Notes: generated by a model not told the origin, from the letters alone. A stretch of 64,000 bases of DNA from Kiloniellales bacterium (GCA_036397065.1 DASWJP010000099.1:12553-76552), one strand, 5' to 3'; positions 19,381-28,186 are shown, counted from the first letter of the stretch. Translations and numbers: made by a program.

Positions 19381-20075
19381 CGCGCATCGCCGTCGTCACC
19401 GGACTCGCCGCGGAAGCCAAACTTATTCAGAAGGCCCATCGCCGCGCCGGGCGCGATGCCCCGCCGATGGCCTGTGCCGGTGCCGATTCGGGCCGGGCGC
19501 AGGCCCATGCCGCCCGCCTAATCGCCGAGGGCGCCACCGTATTGCTCAGCTTCGGCCTGTGCGGCGGCCTGGATCCGGCGCTGCGCCCCGGCGATTTGCT
19601 TCTCGCCGAGACCGTGCTTCTCCCGGACGGCACCCGCCTGCCCACATCTGCGCCGCACCGCCACCGGCTGCGCGCACGCTTGGAAACCGCCGGAATCCGC
19701 TCTGTCGGCGGTACCCTCGCCGGCAGCGACGGACCCGTGGCAACCGCCGAGGCCAAGCGCGCCCACTTCGCGCAAACCGGCGCCTGTGCCGTGGATATGG
19801 AGAGCCATGGGGTGGCCGGTGCGGCCCAGGCCGCCGGCGTGCCGATGCTGGTACTACGCGCCGTGGCCGATCCGGCGGCACGCACCCTGCCGCGCGCGGC
19901 CTTGGCCGTCGTCGGGCCCGATGGGCGCCTGCGGGTGTTTCGCGCCCTGGCCACCATGTACGTGCGGCCGTGGGAAGGCCCGGCGCTGGTCCGCCTGGCC
20001 TATGAAGCGCGTTTGGGCTTCGATACCCTGGAGCGTGTGGCCGCCGAGCCGGACCTGTTATTCGGCGGCGACTGA
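19377..20075 (+). CDS. hpnG: Hopanoid-associated phosphorylase HpnG (adenosylhopane nucleosidase, PNP/UDP family)
   Basis: VTRIAVVTGLAAEAKL... and AVDMESHGVA motifs. The GTG start overlaps the shc stop (GTGA). In frame with ORF 19068..20075. Confidence 0.85.
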   Translation: MTRIAVVTGLAAEAKLIQKAHRRAGRDAPPMACAGADSGRAQAHAARLIAEGATVLLSFGLCGGLDPALRPGDLLLAETVLLPDGTRLPTSAPHRHRLRARLETAGIRSVGGTLAGSDGPVATAEAKRAHFAQTGACAVDMESHGVAGAAQAAGVPMLVLRAVADPAARTLPRAALAVVGPDGRLRVFRALATMYVRPWEGPALVRLAYEARLGFDTLERVAAEPDLLFGGD

Positions 20076-21218
20076 GCCGGAGCCCTTGCTCTGATCCCCG
20101 CCCGCCGGCTTCGCGTGCATGTCGGCGGCGGCGCCGGACACCAGCTTGTCGAAGATGAATTCGGCCGGGCGTTGCTTATCCAAAGCGATCTCCGGGGCCA
20201 TGGGCGCGTGCGTTTCGAAGCCCGACAGGGCCACGCGCAAGGCCTTCAACGGATGAGCCACGGTGTCGTTGACCGCCGTCGCTTCGTAGCCGCAATGGAC
20301 CATGCAATTGGCGCACTTCTCGTAATTGCCGGTGCCGTACGTTTCCCATTCGGTCTCGTCCATCAACTGGCGGAACGTACGGGCGTACCCCTCGTTCAAT
20401 AGATAGCAGGGCCGCTGCCAGCCGAAGATATTGCGCGTCGGGTTGCCCCACGGCGTGCATTTGTAAGTTTGATTGCCGGCCAGGAAATCCAGGAACATGG
20501 TGGACTGGCTGAACTGCCACTTGCGGCCCTTGCCACGGCGGAAGATATCGCGGAACAGGGTCTTGGTTTGTTGCCGGTTGAGGAAATGCTGCTGATCCGG
20601 CGCCCGTTCGTACGCGTACCCCGGCGATACGGTGATGCCCTCGATGCCAAGGCCGGTCACGAAATCGAAAAACTCGGCCACCCGTTCCGGCTTGGCGTTG
20701 TCGAACAGGGTGCAATTGATGTTGACCCGGAATCCCGCCGCCTTGACCACTTGGATGGCCTTGACGGCGCGCTTGAACACGCCTTTTTGATCGACCGAGT
20801 GGTCGTGCTCCGTCTCCAGCCCGTCCAGATGCACCGAGAAGGTGAGATACGGGCTCGGCTTGAACAGGTGCAGCTTCTTTTCCAGCAGCAGCGCGTTGGT
20901 GCACAGATAGACGAAGCGCTTGCGCTTGACCAATTCGGCCGCGATCTCGCCGATTTCCTTGTGCAACAGCGGTTCGCCGCCCGGAATCGAGATCACCGGG
21001 GCGCCGCATTCCTCGGCGGCCTCGACGCATTCAGCCACCGACAAGCGGCGATTGAGGATCGCGTCCGGATAGTCGATCTTGCCGCAGCCCGGGCAGGCCA
21101 GATTGCAGCGGAACAACGGCTCGAGCATGAGTACCAGCGGGTACCGGGCTCGCCGCAGGATCCGCTGTTTCAGGATATAGGCGCCGACACGAAACTGTTG
21201 CCGTAAAGGTACCGACAC
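20058..21218 (-). CDS. hpnH: Adenosyl-hopene transferase HpnH (radical SAM)
   Basis: CNLACPGCGKI CxxxCxxC cluster motif. N-terminus VSVPLRQQFRVGAYILKQ. GTG at 21218 is preceded by GAGAGG. The ORF track extends to 21254. The 3' end overlaps hpnG convergently by 18 nt. Confidence 0.9.
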   Translation of the reverse strand: MSVPLRQQFRVGAYILKQRILRRARYPLVLMLEPLFRCNLACPGCGKIDYPDAILNRRLSVAECVEAAEECGAPVISIPGGEPLLHKEIGEIAAELVKRKRFVYLCTNALLLEKKLHLFKPSPYLTFSVHLDGLETEHDHSVDQKGVFKRAVKAIQVVKAAGFRVNINCTLFDNAKPERVAEFFDFVTGLGIEGITVSPGYAYERAPDQQHFLNRQQTKTLFRDIFRRGKGRKWQFSQSTMFLDFLAGNQTYKCTPWGNPTRNIFGWQRPCYLLNEGYARTFRQLMDETEWETYGTGNYEKCANCMVHCGYEATAVNDTVAHPLKALRVALSGFETHAPMAPEIALDKQRPAEFIFDKLVSGAAADMHAKPAGGDQSKGSGSVAAE

Positions 21219-21321
21219 GAGACAACCTCTCACAAAACTCGACTGGCCCGGCACTGGGCTGCCTGGGCACAGCCGCTATCCCTAGCGCCTTTGTCCGGCC
21301 CTGCCAAGCGGGTTGCCGGGA

Positions 21322-22317
21322 TCACTTTTTGGCCAGGTAGCCGGCCGCCTGGAACCACCGCACCGCATCGGCCAGGGCTTCATGCGCCGGCCGCGCCCGA
21401 TAGCCCAGCGTTGCCGCCGCCTTGGCGCTGGAAAAGTACATTTTCTTGCGCGCCATGCGCACCCCATCGGCGGTGGCAAACGGCTCCCGGCCGCTCAACC
21501 GCGCCCAGGCTTCGGCGCCGTAGGCGATGGGCAGCACCAGATTGTGCGGCAAGCACAGGCGCGGCGGCCGCCGGCCGCTCAGGCGGGCGATCTCGGCCAG
21601 AATCTCGCGCAGGGTCAGATTTTCCCCGCCCAGCACATAGCGCTCGCCAATGGCCCCGTGGTCGAAGGCCAGCAGGTGCCCGGCCGCCACGTCCTCCACG
21701 TGCACCACGTTGAGGCCGGTATCGACGAAGGCCGGCATGCGCCCGGTCGCCGCTTCGACGATCATGCGCCCGGTGGGCGTCGGCTTGATGTCGTGCGGGC
21801 CGATGGGCGTGGATGGATTGACGATGACCACCGGCAAGCCCTCCTCGCCCACCAAGCGGCGCACCGCCTCCTCGGCCTGGTACTTGGAGCGCTTGTAGTG
21901 ACCGATCATGTGGTCGAGACTGACCGGCGTGTCCTCGTCCGCCGGCGTGCCGCCCGCGTGCAGACCGAGCACCGCCACGCTGCTGGTATAGACGATGCGC
22001 GTCACACCCGCCTCGGCGGCGGCGCACAACAGGCGCGTGCTGCCGGCCACGTTGGTCTCGTAGATCTCGGCCGAGCGCGGCACCCAGATGCGATAGTCGG
22101 CGGCCACGTGATACAGCGCCCGGCACCCGCGCACGGCCCGCGCCAGGGAGGCAGCGTCGTTTAAATCGCCCTCTACCACCTCCACCGGCAGATCGGCGAT
22201 ATTGCGCCGGTCGCTGGCGGCACGCACCAGCACACGGACGGCCTCGCCACGGGCCACCAACTGCCGGGCGACGGCCGAGCCGACGAAGCCGGTGGCGCCG
22301 GTGACCAGGACGGTCAT
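21322..22317 (-). CDS. hpnA: Hopanoid-associated NAD-dependent sugar epimerase/dehydratase HpnA
   Basis: MTVLVTGATGFVGSAVARQLVARGE and YKRSKYQAEE (YxxxK). This is the 3' part of ORF 21322..22725. Confidence 0.85.
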   Translation of the reverse strand: MTVLVTGATGFVGSAVARQLVARGEAVRVLVRAASDRRNIADLPVEVVEGDLNDAASLARAVRGCRALYHVAADYRIWVPRSAEIYETNVAGSTRLLCAAAEAGVTRIVYTSSVAVLGLHAGGTPADEDTPVSLDHMIGHYKRSKYQAEEAVRRLVGEEGLPVVIVNPSTPIGPHDIKPTPTGRMIVEAATGRMPAFVDTGLNVVHVEDVAAGHLLAFDHGAIGERYVLGGENLTLREILAEIARLSGRRPPRLCLPHNLVLPIAYGAEAWARLSGREPFATADGVRMARKKMYFSSAKAAATLGYRARPAHEALADAVRWFQAAGYLAKK

Positions 22318-23099
22318 CGGCCGGTGTCGCTGGCCAGCCGCGGCAACTCCTCGTCCGAGGGAAGATCGAGCAGGCTGGGAAACACTTCGCGCCGGGCCTT
22401 TTGCAGGTCTTCGGGAAAGTCGATCTCGACCCAGGGCAGGCCGGTGATGTCCTCGACGTCGAAGGTCTTGGGCGGCGCGGCGAGGATCACGTCGCGCATG
22501 GCCTCCTCGTACATGGCATCGCGGCGCCTGGCGGTCACGTGGCGGTCGGCGGCGGCCCAGACCTTGCGGGCGATATCCGGGGCAAAGCGGCAAAAGCCGA
22601 TCCATTCGCCCCACCAATCGTGCGCCAATTTCGGGCGCTTGTGGAAATCGACCAGCACACCGTCGCGCATGCACAGCTTCACCGGGTCCTCGCCTTCTTC
22701 GATTTGCCGGTCCATGAGAAAACAATTGTCATGGGCGCTGTTCAGCAAGCGGACCATCAGGCGTTGGTCATAGAGCACATCGCCATCCATGAAGATCATG
22801 GGCTCACCGGCATTGAGCGCATCGCGCAGGGTCCAGAACGACACGATCGATCCGGCCTGATAATCCGGATTTTGCCGGGTGGTCACCATATCCCGGGCAC
22901 CGATGCGCTCCACCTCCGCCTCGACCTCCTCGGCCCGGTAGCCGACCACCAGATCGACATGGCCGATCCCGCATCGGCGCAGGATGGCGATATGGCGGGA
23001 CAGCAAGGTTTCGCCGCCGAATGGCAATAATATTTTCGGCGGCAGCGTCCGGTCGTTCAGGCGCTGGCCGATCCCGGCCGCCAGAATACCCACTCTCAT
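22314..23099 (-). CDS. LicC-like nucleotidyltransferase (NTP-transferase fold)
   Basis: MRVGILAAGIGQRLNDRTLPPKILLPFGGETLL (GxGxRL signature). C-terminal GLPWVEIDFPEDL. Its stop overlaps the hpnA ATG (ATGA). Confidence 0.75.
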   Translation of the reverse strand: MRVGILAAGIGQRLNDRTLPPKILLPFGGETLLSRHIAILRRCGIGHVDLVVGYRAEEVEAEVERIGARDMVTTRQNPDYQAGSIVSFWTLRDALNAGEPMIFMDGDVLYDQRLMVRLLNSAHDNCFLMDRQIEEGEDPVKLCMRDGVLVDFHKRPKLAHDWWGEWIGFCRFAPDIARKVWAAADRHVTARRRDAMYEEAMRDVILAAPPKTFDVEDITGLPWVEIDFPEDLQKARREVFPSLLDLPSDEELPRLASDTGR

Positions 23100-23288
23100 C
23101 GTCGCACCTTTCATCCAGCGGCCAATGGCGCCAGAGAATCCCGGCCGCGGCACGTCTTGTCAACACGCTCCGTCATGCCAATGTGACTTAGCCTGGGTGC
23201 GCGCGACAGCTTGGGGATGGTCTGCTAGACTCCCGCGTACAGCAGAGGGTGCCGGCGTTCGGTGCCCGGCGGCAAGGAGGGATCGGAC

Positions 23289-23909
23289 GTGTTGTCCCGG
23301 TTACGTGCCATGGTCAGTGTGTTGGCAGTCGCCGCCGCAGTCGGGCTCGCCGGTCCGGTGCAGGCGGCAACCACCAGCCCTTCGGACGTGGTTGCCCGGC
23401 TCAACGATACCGTGCTGTCCGTGATGCAGGACGCCAAGCCGCTTGGCTTTCAGGGACGATTCGATCGCCTGGCCCCGGAATTGCTCGGCGCCTTCAACTT
23501 TCATGTGATGGCCAGCATCGCCGTCGGCAAATACTGGACCGGGTTGGATACGGCGCAACGCCGGCGCCTGATCGACGTATTCGGCCGGACCAGCATCGCC
23601 ACCTACGCGGAACGCTTCGACGGCTATGGCGGCGAGCATTTCGAGGTCGTGGAGGAAACACAAGGCCCGCGCGATTCCGTTCTGGTGCGCAACAAGTTGA
23701 TCAAGACCGATGGCGACAGCGTGGAGATAAATTATTTGCTGCGCGAATACGATGGGCGCTGGCGCGTCGTCGACGTGTTCCTGGACGCCAAGTACAGCGA
23801 GATGGCGTTGAAACGCTCGGAATACACGTCGGTCATCTCCAACCAGGGATTCGACACTCTGATTCAAAGCCTGGAAGACAAGCTGGAGCAGATGTCCGAG
23901 CGGCAGTAA
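23289..23909 (+). CDS. hpnM: MlaC/Ttg2D-family periplasmic lipid-binding protein, HpnM-like
   Basis: Signal peptide VLSRLRAMVSVLAVAAAVGLAGPVQA. KYWTGLDTAQRRRLIDVFGRTSIATYAERFDGY. GTG 23289 lies 8 nt after GGAGG. ORF track start is 23262. Confidence 0.75.
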   Translation: MLSRLRAMVSVLAVAAAVGLAGPVQAATTSPSDVVARLNDTVLSVMQDAKPLGFQGRFDRLAPELLGAFNFHVMASIAVGKYWTGLDTAQRRRLIDVFGRTSIATYAERFDGYGGEHFEVVEETQGPRDSVLVRNKLIKTDGDSVEINYLLREYDGRWRVVDVFLDAKYSEMALKRSEYTSVISNQGFDTLIQSLEDKLEQMSERQ

Positions 23910-23953
23910 GGCCGGAGGCGGCACTCAATCCCGCAAGCCGTCGAGATCCCGGC

Positions 23954-25141
23954 TCAGATCGCGCCCAGCGCCTGGGCCAGATCCTCCTTCAGATCCTCCA
24001 CATCCTCCAGGCCGACGGAAATGCGGAGCAATCCGTCGGTGATGCCCAGGACCGCCCGCTCCTCCGGCTTCAGCCGCTGATGCGTGGTGGTCGCCGGATG
24101 GGTGACCAGGCTCTTCGAGTCGCCCAGATTGTTGGAGATGTCGATCAGCTTCAGCGCCCGCAGGACGCGAAAGGCACCGGCTTTGCCGCCGTCCAGCTCG
24201 ACGGTGACGATGCTGCCGGCCCCGCTCATCTGCCGGCGCGCCAGCTCTGCCTGGGGATGACTGTCCAGGCCGGGATAGAGCACTTGGCGAACGCCCGGCC
24301 GGCCCTCCAGAAAACGGGCCAGCTCCCCGGCATTGATCACATGTCGCGCCAGGCGCAGTTCAAGGGTTTCCAGCCCCTTCAACAGCACCCAGGCATTGAA
24401 CGGACTCATCGCCGGCCCGGTGTGGCGCAGGAAGGATTGCAAATGATCGTCGATGAAGCTTTGCGCGCACAGAATGGCCCCGCCCAGGGTCCGCCCCTGG
24501 CCGTCCATGTGCTTGGTGGCCGAGTAGACCACGATGTCGGCGCCCAAGGTCAGCGGCTGTTGCAGCAACGGCGAGGCAAAAACGTTGTCGACAATTAACC
24601 GCGCGCCCGCCGCCCGGGTCAGCTTGGCCAGGGCCGCCAGATCGATGATCTCCAAGTTCGGATTGGACGGCGATTCGACGAAGACACATGCGGCGCCGTC
24701 CGCCAATGCGGCTTTCCAGGCGCCCATGTCGCGGCCATCTACCATTTCGGTCCGGATGCCATAGCGCGGCAGGATCTCGGCGATGATGTACTGGCACGAG
24801 CCGAACAGGGCGCGCGAGGCCACCACCCGGTCGCCGGCCTTCACCTGGCACATGATGGAGGCGAACACCGCCGCCATGCCGCTGGCCGTGGCCCGGCACG
24901 CCTCGGCTCCCTCGAGCAGGCGCAGGCGTTCCTCGAACATGGAGACGGTGGGATTGGCATAGCGCGAGTAGACGTAGCGATCGCTCTCGCCCTTGAAGGC
25001 CGCCTCCGCCTCCTCCGGCGTGCTATAGACATAGCCGGAGGTCAGGTAGAGGGCTTCGCTGGTTTCATCGAAGGCGCTGCGGGCAAGTCCGCCGCGCACC
25101 AGATTGGTCTGCGCCCGATAAGTGGGTTTGTCCCGCGCCAT
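23954..25141 (-). CDS. metZ: O-succinylhomoserine sulfhydrylase (PLP-dependent Cys/Met metabolism family)
   Basis: YSRYANPTVSMFEERL and PLP-lysine motif SATKHMDGQGRTLGG. Confidence 0.85.
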   Translation of the reverse strand: MARDKPTYRAQTNLVRGGLARSAFDETSEALYLTSGYVYSTPEEAEAAFKGESDRYVYSRYANPTVSMFEERLRLLEGAEACRATASGMAAVFASIMCQVKAGDRVVASRALFGSCQYIIAEILPRYGIRTEMVDGRDMGAWKAALADGAACVFVESPSNPNLEIIDLAALAKLTRAAGARLIVDNVFASPLLQQPLTLGADIVVYSATKHMDGQGRTLGGAILCAQSFIDDHLQSFLRHTGPAMSPFNAWVLLKGLETLELRLARHVINAGELARFLEGRPGVRQVLYPGLDSHPQAELARRQMSGAGSIVTVELDGGKAGAFRVLRALKLIDISNNLGDSKSLVTHPATTTHQRLKPEERAVLGITDGLLRISVGLEDVEDLKEDLAQALGAI

Positions 25142-25150
25142 GTCCCGGCC

Positions 25151-25573
25151 CTAGTTCTGCGACCAGGGCAAGCCGGCGGCCTTCCAGCCATCCGCCAAGC
25201 CGCGGTGACCGCTCTCGTCATGCGGCCCCTCGAAACCGCCGGCCACGTTGTAACAGGTGCGGTAGCCGCGCCCGGTCAGCTCGATGGCGGCGGAGCGCGA
25301 CCGCGCACCGGACCGGCATAACAGCAGCACCGTCTGTTCCGGCTTGACCCCGGCGTTGGCAACCTGGGCCACGAAGTCGGCGTTCTTCGCCATGCCCGGA
25401 TAGAACTGCCAACACGCCAGCACGGTCCGTTTGCCCAGGGTGGACAGGTCGGGCACGCCGACAAACTGCCACTCCGCCTCGCTGCGCACATCGACAAGCA
25501 CCGCCTGCGGATCGCTTTGCAGCTTCTCCCAGGCTTCGCGCGACGTGATATCGCCGGCATAGCTTTGACTCAT
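25151..25573 (-). CDS. Single-domain rhodanese-like sulfurtransferase
   Basis: Active-site loop LLLCRSGARS; 140 aa. Lies 9 nt upstream of metZ. Confidence 0.85.
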   Translation of the reverse strand: MSQSYAGDITSREAWEKLQSDPQAVLVDVRSEAEWQFVGVPDLSTLGKRTVLACWQFYPGMAKNADFVAQVANAGVKPEQTVLLLCRSGARSRSAAIELTGRGYRTCYNVAGGFEGPHDESGHRGLADGWKAAGLPWSQN

Positions 25574-25626
25574 TCAAACCTCCCCGCCGCACGTCAGCGC
25601 CATAAGGCCCACGCGCGGCACTCGCA

Positions 25627-26343
25627 TCACTTCAGGCGGCAGCGCTCACCCGTCACCTGAACGAAACCCTGTTCGCCCATCGTCGCCGTGAACCGATGCT
25701 CTTCATCGCCGATCACCACCGAGGTATGCAAGGGCAGCTTGCCGGTCACTTCCGCCACCTTGCCCCCGATCTGGGTCAGGATCAATTTGATCGGCTGCGC
25801 CGGGTCGAACCAGGCTTCGGCCTTGCCCTGCGCATTGGTGGCGGATTCACCGCGGGCCGTGACCGTAATTCTGTTATCGGCGAAGTTTATGGAATCGTTG
25901 GTCCCCGAGAACAAGAGCGTCTGAACCATGAAACGCTTGCTGACCGGCCGTTCCGGACAGTTGGGGGTGTTGACCGCGGCGCCGATGAGGAACTGCAGAC
26001 GCTCAACCTCCACCCCGGTGTCGAGCTTTTCGCGGACCAGCACCAGCAGATCCGCCACCGGCCCGCTGGGTATGCCTTTTTGCGCCTCTCGCAGGCGTTC
26101 CTCAACCACCATCACATTGGCCTGCAAGTCCGTGTTGTGCTGTTGCAGGGCACCCAGCCGCGTTGAAAGCGCGTCGATCTGCGCCTGCAGTTCCGTCAGC
26201 CGGTGCACTTCCTGGGACGAGCCAACCTCATAGGCAAAACCAGCGGCGCCAACCACGGCGCCGATCACCAGGACCCAGCGAATGGTGGCCCACCGGACCC
26301 GCCGCCGCCGGCGCAACTGGGTATCGTACAGGCCAAGGGTCAT
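25627..26343 (-). CDS. Hypothetical membrane-anchored protein with a coiled-coil segment
   Basis: Arg-rich N-terminus, one hydrophobic helix ([16 protein letters not shown]), a heptad-like [29 protein letters not shown] stretch and G/C-rich third positions. No family recognised. Confidence 0.6.
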   Translation of the reverse strand: MTLGLYDTQLRRRRRVRWATIRWVLVIGAVVGAAGFAYEVGSSQEVHRLTELQAQIDALSTRLGALQQHNTDLQANVMVVEERLREAQKGIPSGPVADLLVLVREKLDTGVEVERLQFLIGAAVNTPNCPERPVSKRFMVQTLLFSGTNDSINFADNRITVTARGESATNAQGKAEAWFDPAQPIKLILTQIGGKVAEVTGKLPLHTSVVIGDEEHRFTATMGEQGFVQVTGERCRLK

Positions 26344-26463
26344 CCGCGTCTCCGTGGTTCCGTCCGGGGTGTCAGCCTAGTCATGCGCCCACGCTGTGCA
26401 AGTGGATTGCGTGCCCCCGGCTTGGCAAGGCGCCGCGCCCCGCGATATAACAGTTTCAAGATC

Positions 26464-27066
26464 ATGAGCAAGCATCGGCATACGGAACCGCCGTCTGAGC
26501 TGGTCCTGCGCGTCAAGGCACTGGAATCACTTCTGGTGGAGAAGGGGCTGGTGGATCCGGCGGCCCTTGATGTGCTGATCGATACCTATGAGAACAAGGT
26601 CGGTCCGCGCAATGGGGCCCGGGTGGTCGCCCGGGCCTGGACCGACCCGGCCTATAAGGCCCGCCTCCTCTCCGATGCCAGCGACGCCATCGCCGAGTTC
26701 GGCTTCACCGGCCGCCAGGGCGAAGACATGGTGGTGCTGGAAAACACCGCCAAGGTCCACAACCTCACGGTCTGCACCCTCTGTTCCTGCTATCCGTGGC
26801 CGGTCCTGGGCCTGCCTCCGGTCTGGTACAAGTCCGCGCCCTACCGGTCGCGCGCCGTGCGCGATCCGCGCGCTGTGTTGCGCGAGTTCGGCCTGGAGCT
26901 GCCCGAGGACGTCGAGATTCGCGTCTGGGACAGCACCGCCGAACTGCGCTATCTGGTCCTGCCGGAACGCCCGGCGGGTACGGAACAGCTCGGTGAGGAG
27001 GCGCTTGCCGCCCTGGTCACCCGCGATGCGATGATCGGTGTCGCGAAGGTCGCGGGGCCGGCATGA
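26464..27066 (+). CDS. nthA: Nitrile hydratase alpha subunit, cobalt type
   Basis: Metal-binding [17 protein letters not shown] (Thr/Tyr variant, i.e. Co-type). This is the 3' part of ORF 26203..27066. Confidence 0.9.
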   Translation: MSKHRHTEPPSELVLRVKALESLLVEKGLVDPAALDVLIDTYENKVGPRNGARVVARAWTDPAYKARLLSDASDAIAEFGFTGRQGEDMVVLENTAKVHNLTVCTLCSCYPWPVLGLPPVWYKSAPYRSRAVRDPRAVLREFGLELPEDVEIRVWDSTAELRYLVLPERPAGTEQLGEEALAALVTRDAMIGVAKVAGPA

Positions 27067-27374
27067 ATGGCGTCCACGATCTGGGCGGCATGGATGGCCA
27101 CGGCCCCATCGCCTATGAGGTGGACGAGCCGGTTTTCCATGCCGAGTGGGAACGGCGGGTCTTTGCCATGACCATCGCCATGGGCTTCTATGGCGCCTGG
27201 AACATAGATTCCTCGCGTCACGCGCGCGAGCGCACACCGGCGGCCGAGTATCTGTCGTCCAGCTACTATGAAATCTGGCTCGGCGGCCTGGAACGGCTCT
27301 TGGACGAGAGCGGCCTGCTGCCCCGGGCCGAGACCGAGGCCCGGATCGCCGCCTTGCGCGCGCAGGCCGGCTGA
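27063..27374 (+). CDS. nthB: Nitrile hydratase beta subunit, N-terminal half (103 aa)
   Basis: [16 protein letters not shown]...[15 protein letters not shown], the canonical beta N-terminus. Its ATG overlaps the alpha stop (ATGA). Confidence 0.85.
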   Translation: MNGVHDLGGMDGHGPIAYEVDEPVFHAEWERRVFAMTIAMGFYGAWNIDSSRHARERTPAAEYLSSSYYEIWLGGLERLLDESGLLPRAETEARIAALRAQAG

Positions 27375-27724
27375 TGCCGGTCCTGACCGCCACCGACGCG
27401 CCAGCCCTATTGCGCAAGGGCGGTTCGGCACGCGTGGACGCCGATATTCCGGCCCGCTTCGCCCCCGGCGACCGGGTGGTGGTGCGCAACCTGAACCCGC
27501 GCGGCCATACCCGGGCCCCCCGCTATGTCCGGTGCAAGGCGGGGGTCATCGACCGCGACCACGGCGTGTTCATCTTTCCCGACACCCATGCCCATGGACA
27601 AGGCAAGAACCCGCAACATGTCTATAGCGTCCGCTTCTCCGCCCGCGATGTATGGGGCGACGAGGCCGCACCCCGCGACGCACTTTATGTCGATCTTTGG
27701 GATGATTATCTGGCGCCGGCATAG
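27374..27724 (+). CDS. nthB: Nitrile hydratase beta subunit, C-terminal half (116 aa)
   Basis: GDRVVVRNLNPRGHTRAPRYVRCKAGVIDRDHGVFIFPDT...HVYSVRFSARDVWG matches the beta C-terminal domain. Its ATG shares 1 nt with the preceding TGA. Confidence 0.85.
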   Translation: MPVLTATDAPALLRKGGSARVDADIPARFAPGDRVVVRNLNPRGHTRAPRYVRCKAGVIDRDHGVFIFPDTHAHGQGKNPQHVYSVRFSARDVWGDEAAPRDALYVDLWDDYLAPA

Positions 27725-27748
27725 GTCCGCTGGTCAGCGGCGCCGGTC

Positions 27749-28111
27749 ATGACCGGGTCTGCCCTGCCGCCCCTGGCCGGCCAGCCGCGCGATGACACCG
27801 GGCCGGTTTTCCGCGAGCCCTGGGAGGCGCAAGCCTTTGCCATGACCCTGAAGCTGCACGAGGGTGGCTGGTTCACTTGGCCGGAATGGGCCGCCGCCCT
27901 GGCGGGCGAGATCGCCGCCGCCAAGGCCCGCGGCGAGCCGGATTCGGGCGACACCTACTACCACCATTGGCTGGCGGCGCTGGAAAAGATGGTGGCCGCC
28001 AAGACCCTGATCCGGGAGGCCGATTTGCGGGAACGCCGGGACGCCTGGGCGGCGGCGGCGCGCGCTACGCCGCACGGCCGGCCGATCGTCCTGCCGCCAA
28101 CCGGCGATTAG
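27749..28111 (+). CDS. Nitrile hydratase accessory (activator / metallochaperone) protein
   Basis: FREPWEAQAFAMTLKLHE and YYHHWLAALE motifs typical of NHase accessory proteins. Confidence 0.8.
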   Translation: MTGSALPPLAGQPRDDTGPVFREPWEAQAFAMTLKLHEGGWFTWPEWAAALAGEIAAAKARGEPDSGDTYYHHWLAALEKMVAAKTLIREADLRERRDAWAAAARATPHGRPIVLPPTGD

Positions 28112-28134
28112 GCCGGCTGCACGGAGGGTATGAG

Positions 28135-28180
28135 CTAGATGTTCAGTCCCGGCATTTGATGGAGAGGATCAAACATCTAG
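28135..28180. terminator. Convergent-gene hairpin (9-bp outer stem CTAGATGTT/AACATCTAG with an inner TTGAT/ATCAA stem)
   Basis: Inverted repeat read directly. It lies between the 3' ends of the NHase operon and the SleB-like gene. No clean U-tract. Confidence 0.35.
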
Positions 28181-28186
28181 GTTCGG

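Noticed and set aside
26344-26463. Searched for a SAM-II-type riboswitch upstream of the hypothetical-rhodanese-metZ string, and for a Moco riboswitch upstream of mobB (39029-39157)
   Set aside because: I could not recognise the conserved cores by eye. A covariance-model scan (Rfam/Infernal) would be needed to be sure.
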